64,000 nt of DNA from Verrucomicrobiaceae bacterium (GTDB lineage: Bacteria > Verrucomicrobiota > Verrucomicrobiia > Verrucomicrobiales > Akkermansiaceae). Made by a program: the position numbers and the translations under genes. The stretch covers positions 96,001 through 160,000 of the forward strand of contig JBPOGH010000003.1 of assembly GCA_051252135.1 (NCBI GenBank). Direction: 5' to 3'. This document shows, piece by piece, positions 60,709-64,000 of the stretch (position 1 is the first letter of the stretch; each line of letters begins with the position of its first letter). Below the pieces are notes generated by a model. The model was not told the DNA's origin and searched no databases. It saw only the letters and a list, made by a program, of their open reading frames with translations.

Positions 60709-61311
60709 ATGGCCATCGCACCCATCACTCAAGTCACCGGCACCGCCGTTCCCATCCCCGGAGCCGATATCGACACCGACCGCATCATCCCCGCACGCTT
60801 CATGAAGTGCGTCACCTTCGACGGACTCGGAGAATACGCCTTCTACGACGTCCGCTTCGATCCCGTCTCCGGTGAAAAGACCGACCACCCCTTAAACGAC
60901 GAACGCTTCAAGGATGCCTCCATCCTCGTCGCCGGCATCAACTTCGGTTGCGGCTCCTCCCGTGAGCACGCCCCCCAGTCGCTTGCCAAATACGGCTTCA
61001 CCGGAATCGTCGCCGAGTCCTTCGCCGAGATCTTCTACGGCAACTCCACCACCCTCGGCCTCCCCTGCGTCACCGCACCCAAGGCCCAGATCGATGCCCT
61101 CAAAGCCGCCACCGCAGCCGACGCCACCCTCGAAGTCAAAATAGACATCGAAGCCATGACCGTCACCGCCGGAGACCTCAGCTTCCCCGTCGAAATGCCC
61201 GCCCCTGCCCGTCACGCTCTCCTCTCCGGAAAGTACGACCCCATCGCAGAGCTCCTCGGCAACAACGACAAGATCGAAGCCACCGCCGCCGGCCTCGCCT
61301 ACGTCGATTAA
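60709..61311 (+). CDS. leuD: 3-isopropylmalate dehydratase small subunit
   Basis: DIDTD.IIP, NFGCGSSREHAP, SFAEIF..N. Confidence 0.97.
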   Translation: MAIAPITQVTGTAVPIPGADIDTDRIIPARFMKCVTFDGLGEYAFYDVRFDPVSGEKTDHPLNDERFKDASILVAGINFGCGSSREHAPQSLAKYGFTGIVAESFAEIFYGNSTTLGLPCVTAPKAQIDALKAATAADATLEVKIDIEAMTVTAGDLSFPVEMPAPARHALLSGKYDPIAELLGNNDKIEATAAGLAYVD

Positions 61312-61334
61312 TCAAAACGACTCACCTCATTCCC

Positions 61335-61370
61335 AAAGCGCCCCTCGGTCACCCCGACGGGCGCTTTTTC
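61335..61370 (+). terminator. Intrinsic terminator after leuD
   Basis: AAAGCGCCC..GGGCGCTTTTT. Confidence 0.85.
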
Positions 61371-61422
61371 GTCCCACCGAACCACCCTTGTTTCTACGGC
61401 CTCCCTGAAGTAAAGTCTTCCC

Positions 61423-61758
61423 ATGGCTGGTGAAAGAGACATTGCCCAAGATCCCCTGATTCTTCAGCGGTGGCTCTTTCTCGCCGACAAAATTGAGAGC
61501 GATCCATCGCTCCTCGCCATCGCCACCGACAATATCTCCCGATGGCGAAAATCCGACCGCTTGGGCAGCTTCTGGGCCCTCGATATCTGGGAGGACCTCA
61601 TCATGAGCGCATCACAATCACCGGATCAATTACGCGATCTCCTCCAGCTCATTCGATCCGATGATGACCGCTCACGCCAGCTCAAAAGCTGCTCCCCTTT
61701 TCCCGGCATTCTTTCTACCACCGAACTCGACCGCTTCACATGCGCCTCAGTGCTCTAG
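61423..61758 (+). CDS. Small helical protein, putative antitoxin partner
   Basis: DP..L..A..N..RW, W..L, R.L...SPF.GIL motif; overlaps the downstream gene. Confidence 0.7.
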   Translation: MAGERDIAQDPLILQRWLFLADKIESDPSLLAIATDNISRWRKSDRLGSFWALDIWEDLIMSASQSPDQLRDLLQLIRSDDDRSRQLKSCSPFPGILSTTELDRFTCASVL

Positions 61759-62282
61759 CCCACCTTTCCCGCGCCATTCTTGAAATGTCAGAGGCCGAGC
61801 GCCTCATCATCTTCGGCTCCGCCTCCCTCCTCGCCAGTTTCCCCAAACTGGGCGAAGAATCTGGCAGCCCCATCGAATCCACCTTCGACGCCGACATCAT
61901 CCCCTTTCCTTTCGAGGAAGACCTCGGCGAAATGCTCCACGAAGCCTTCGGCGATGGCCGTAAATTTCATCAACGGTTCGGCTACCACGCCGACATTATC
62001 CGACCAAAAATCGCCGAAAACTTTCCCCAAAATTGGGAAGATCGCCTCGTCCCTCTCCCTGGAGTCGAACGCGTTTACTGCCTCGATCCTCACGACATGG
62101 CCGCAACCAAATGCCGCGTCGCCAGACCCAAGGACACAAGGCAAATGGAGTGGCTCATTAAACGGAAACTCCTCGATCTCAAAATCATCCGTGACCGCCT
62201 GCGCGAAATCCCACTTGATGTCACCGATCTCGTCCAAGGCCATGCCCTTCTCGACTTGTTAGATAAGAACAGCTTGGAATGA
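61740..62282 (+). CDS. DUF6036-like nucleotidyltransferase-fold protein, putative toxin
   Basis: GS-x-DxD (IIFGSASL..STFDADI), F...FGY..D, P.NW.DRL, D.HD.A..K...RPKD. Confidence 0.78.
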   Translation: MRLSALAHLSRAILEMSEAERLIIFGSASLLASFPKLGEESGSPIESTFDADIIPFPFEEDLGEMLHEAFGDGRKFHQRFGYHADIIRPKIAENFPQNWEDRLVPLPGVERVYCLDPHDMAATKCRVARPKDTRQMEWLIKRKLLDLKIIRDRLREIPLDVTDLVQGHALLDLLDKNSLE

Positions 62283-63205
62283 CCAGAAGCCTTTTCCTCT
62301 CCATCACTCTTCTTCTCGGAGCATTCTCCCCGGCTTCAGCCAAACCCTCTCTCGGAATGTGGGTCTGGACTCAAGACGCCATCACTACCCGGGAAGAACG
62401 TCAAAAACTCCTCACCTTCTGCACTCAAGAGGGAATTACCCACCTCGATCAAAGTATCAAAACCAACAACTCCGTCGTCCAAAACCCCGACGCCCTCAAG
62501 CAGCTCCTCACTCAATCTCACTCCCGCGGAATCACCATCAACGCCCTCCGCGGCGACCCCAAAATGTTTTTCAAGCGCAACCACGCAAAGACCATCGCCG
62601 ACCTCCGGACCCTCATCACCTTCAACCATCAACTCCCCCCAACCTCCCGCCTCAACGGCATCAAATACGATGTCGAACCCTACCTCACCCCGGAATGGAA
62701 AGCCGGAGGAAAACAACAACAGCAAGTTATCCTCGACTACCTCAATTGCCTCCAACAGATCAAAACCATCCTCACCCGGGAATCCCCCGACCTCCTCCTC
62801 TCCGCCGATGTCCCCTTCTGGTGGGACAAGCCGGAGTTCGCCGTCACCTTCGCGGGCCAACCCAAACCCTTCGTCAACCACATCCAGGACCTCACCGATC
62901 ACATCGGTATCATGTCCTACCGCACCTCCTCAATCGAAGTCCTCGACCTCGTTACACACGAGCTCACCTACGCCACCAAAATCGGAAAGACCATCTCCCC
63001 CGGCCTCGAAACCATCGATCTCAAGGAAACCAAACCACGCGTCTCCTTCTTCGGAACCCCTCCCGCCCTCCTCCGAAAAACCATCCGCGAACTCCAAACA
63101 AACCTTTCCGAAAACAAAGCCGCCCGCCACATCATGCTCCATCACCACGGGAGCCTCGTCCCCTACCTCAATCAGCCCGAACCAACCAAATTTCGTAAAA
63201 AATGA
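62279..63205 (+). CDS. Secreted hypothetical protein, probable glycoside-hydrolase-like TIM barrel
   Basis: Signal peptide; GMWVW, ALRGDP, GIKYDVEPY, DVPFW, IMSYR, GLET. Confidence 0.65.
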   Translation: MTRSLFLSITLLLGAFSPASAKPSLGMWVWTQDAITTREERQKLLTFCTQEGITHLDQSIKTNNSVVQNPDALKQLLTQSHSRGITINALRGDPKMFFKRNHAKTIADLRTLITFNHQLPPTSRLNGIKYDVEPYLTPEWKAGGKQQQQVILDYLNCLQQIKTILTRESPDLLLSADVPFWWDKPEFAVTFAGQPKPFVNHIQDLTDHIGIMSYRTSSIEVLDLVTHELTYATKIGKTISPGLETIDLKETKPRVSFFGTPPALLRKTIRELQTNLSENKAARHIMLHHHGSLVPYLNQPEPTKFRKK

Positions 63206-63207
63206 GC

Positions 63208-63238
63208 AAAAAAAAGCCACCCCTCTCAGGGCGGCTTG
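63208..63238 (-). terminator. Intrinsic terminator for the PEP-CTERM gene
   Basis: On the - strand AAGCCGCCCT..AGGGTGGCTTTTTTT. Confidence 0.75.
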
Positions 63239-63263
63239 ATTAAATTCTAAGTCGCTCAACCGA

Positions 63264-64000
63264 CTAGCGGCGACGACGTCCCAAAAGCCCAAGGCCTCCC
63301 AGAACCACCATCAGACTCGATGACGGCTCGGGCACAAACGTATACGAACTCACCGCCGGAATCGCCTCACCTCGCTGGGTGATGGCATCTGCCCCCGTGT
63401 AAAGGGTCCCCACCAAGGTATCAGGTCCAAGAACAGACGACCCGGGCCCCGTGATATCCCGTGCAGCGACATCCAATCCCTGGAAACCGGACCCAGCCTC
63501 GCTTTGCCCGGACAAGGTTCCGTTAATTCCACCGAACCCCGCTCCGTCACCCCCGGAAAGGCGGGCATCATTCGAAGTAATATTCAGTGCGGACGTCGAG
63601 GTGGTCGCTCCAGCTCCATCAACCACACTGAGACTGATCTGACGGGAGCCATTGGTCTGGGAAAAATCACCATCAAGACGAATCGAAATCGCCTGCCCAA
63701 GAAGAGAAGAAATATCAAGTGTCAGGGAAGCCTCGGCACCCGAGTTCTGATCCTGAAAAACACGCAAATCGGTTCCAATCATCCCCAACGCCCAGCCAAT
63801 TCCGTCCCCGCCGGTCTCAAAAAGAACAGGGTCCGTCGTGTTGGATGCCGGAACCTTGAACCCGAAGTCAATGACCGCGTTTCCAGGGTTTTCCGTAATC
63901 GTCCCTGCTGCCGTGTCCCCACCCTGAAAGGCGAGAACAACTGCGGACGCAGACCCGGAGGCCAGCATCGCCGTTAATGTTGAAAGAAGAATTCGTCTCA
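63264..64000 (-). CDS. PEP-CTERM surface protein (start codon probably straddles the window edge)
   Basis: Frame open to the edge as (M)RRILLSTLTAMLASGSASA; C-terminal VPEPSSSLMVVLGGLGLLGRRRR. Confidence 0.88.
   Translation of the reverse strand, partial: RRILLSTLTAMLASGSASAVVLAFQGGDTAAGTITENPGNAVIDFGFKVPASNTTDPVLFETGGDGIGWALGMIGTDLRVFQDQNSGAEASLTLDISSLLGQAISIRLDGDFSQTNGSRQISLSVVDGAGATTSTSALNITSNDARLSGGDGAGFGGINGTLSGQSEAGSGFQGLDVAARDITGPGSSVLGPDTLVGTLYTGADAITQRGEAIPAVSSYTFVPEPSSSLMVVLGGLGLLGRRRR

Noticed and set aside
61371..63263. Prophage or integrative element around the TA-like pair
   Set aside because: No integrase, transposase, att-like direct repeats or phage genes were seen.

Overview
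A 64 kb chromosomal window, most likely from a Verrucomicrobiales bacterium. This is inferred from the PEP-CTERM proteins, the DUF1552/DUF1592 and DUF1501/DUF1800 pairs, the lamin-tail/CotH protein and the SHD1-like domain. It holds about 55 genes: housekeeping (rnhA, deaD, rluA-type, lspA, truB, DHH phosphoesterase, fabF, ilvY-ilvC, leuCD), an RND efflux triplet, an ExbB/ExbD cluster, many secreted hydrolases and oxidoreductases, and a probable nucleotidyltransferase toxin-antitoxin pair. I saw no rRNA, tRNA, CRISPR array, integrase or transposase. The + strand is strongly C/A-rich whichever way the genes run, which explains the many spurious ORFs. The best hidden signal is at 34029-34721, which the ORF track splits in two. 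It reads as one exported SHD1-like + thioredoxin protein with an in-frame TGA in a W-U-G-P-C active site and a SECIS-like hairpin just downstream, i.e. a candidate selenoprotein. The second is a set of intergenic mosaics, all in the same orientation. They are built from AACCAAG linkers, several different GTAG/GGAG REP-like hairpins and 7- or 9-bp periodic tracts. They include an ~80-bp x4 array in front of a DUF1853 nuclease-fold gene and a hierarchical 7/21/63-bp array between ilvY and ilvC. Family assignments are from motif recognition by eye, not database searches.
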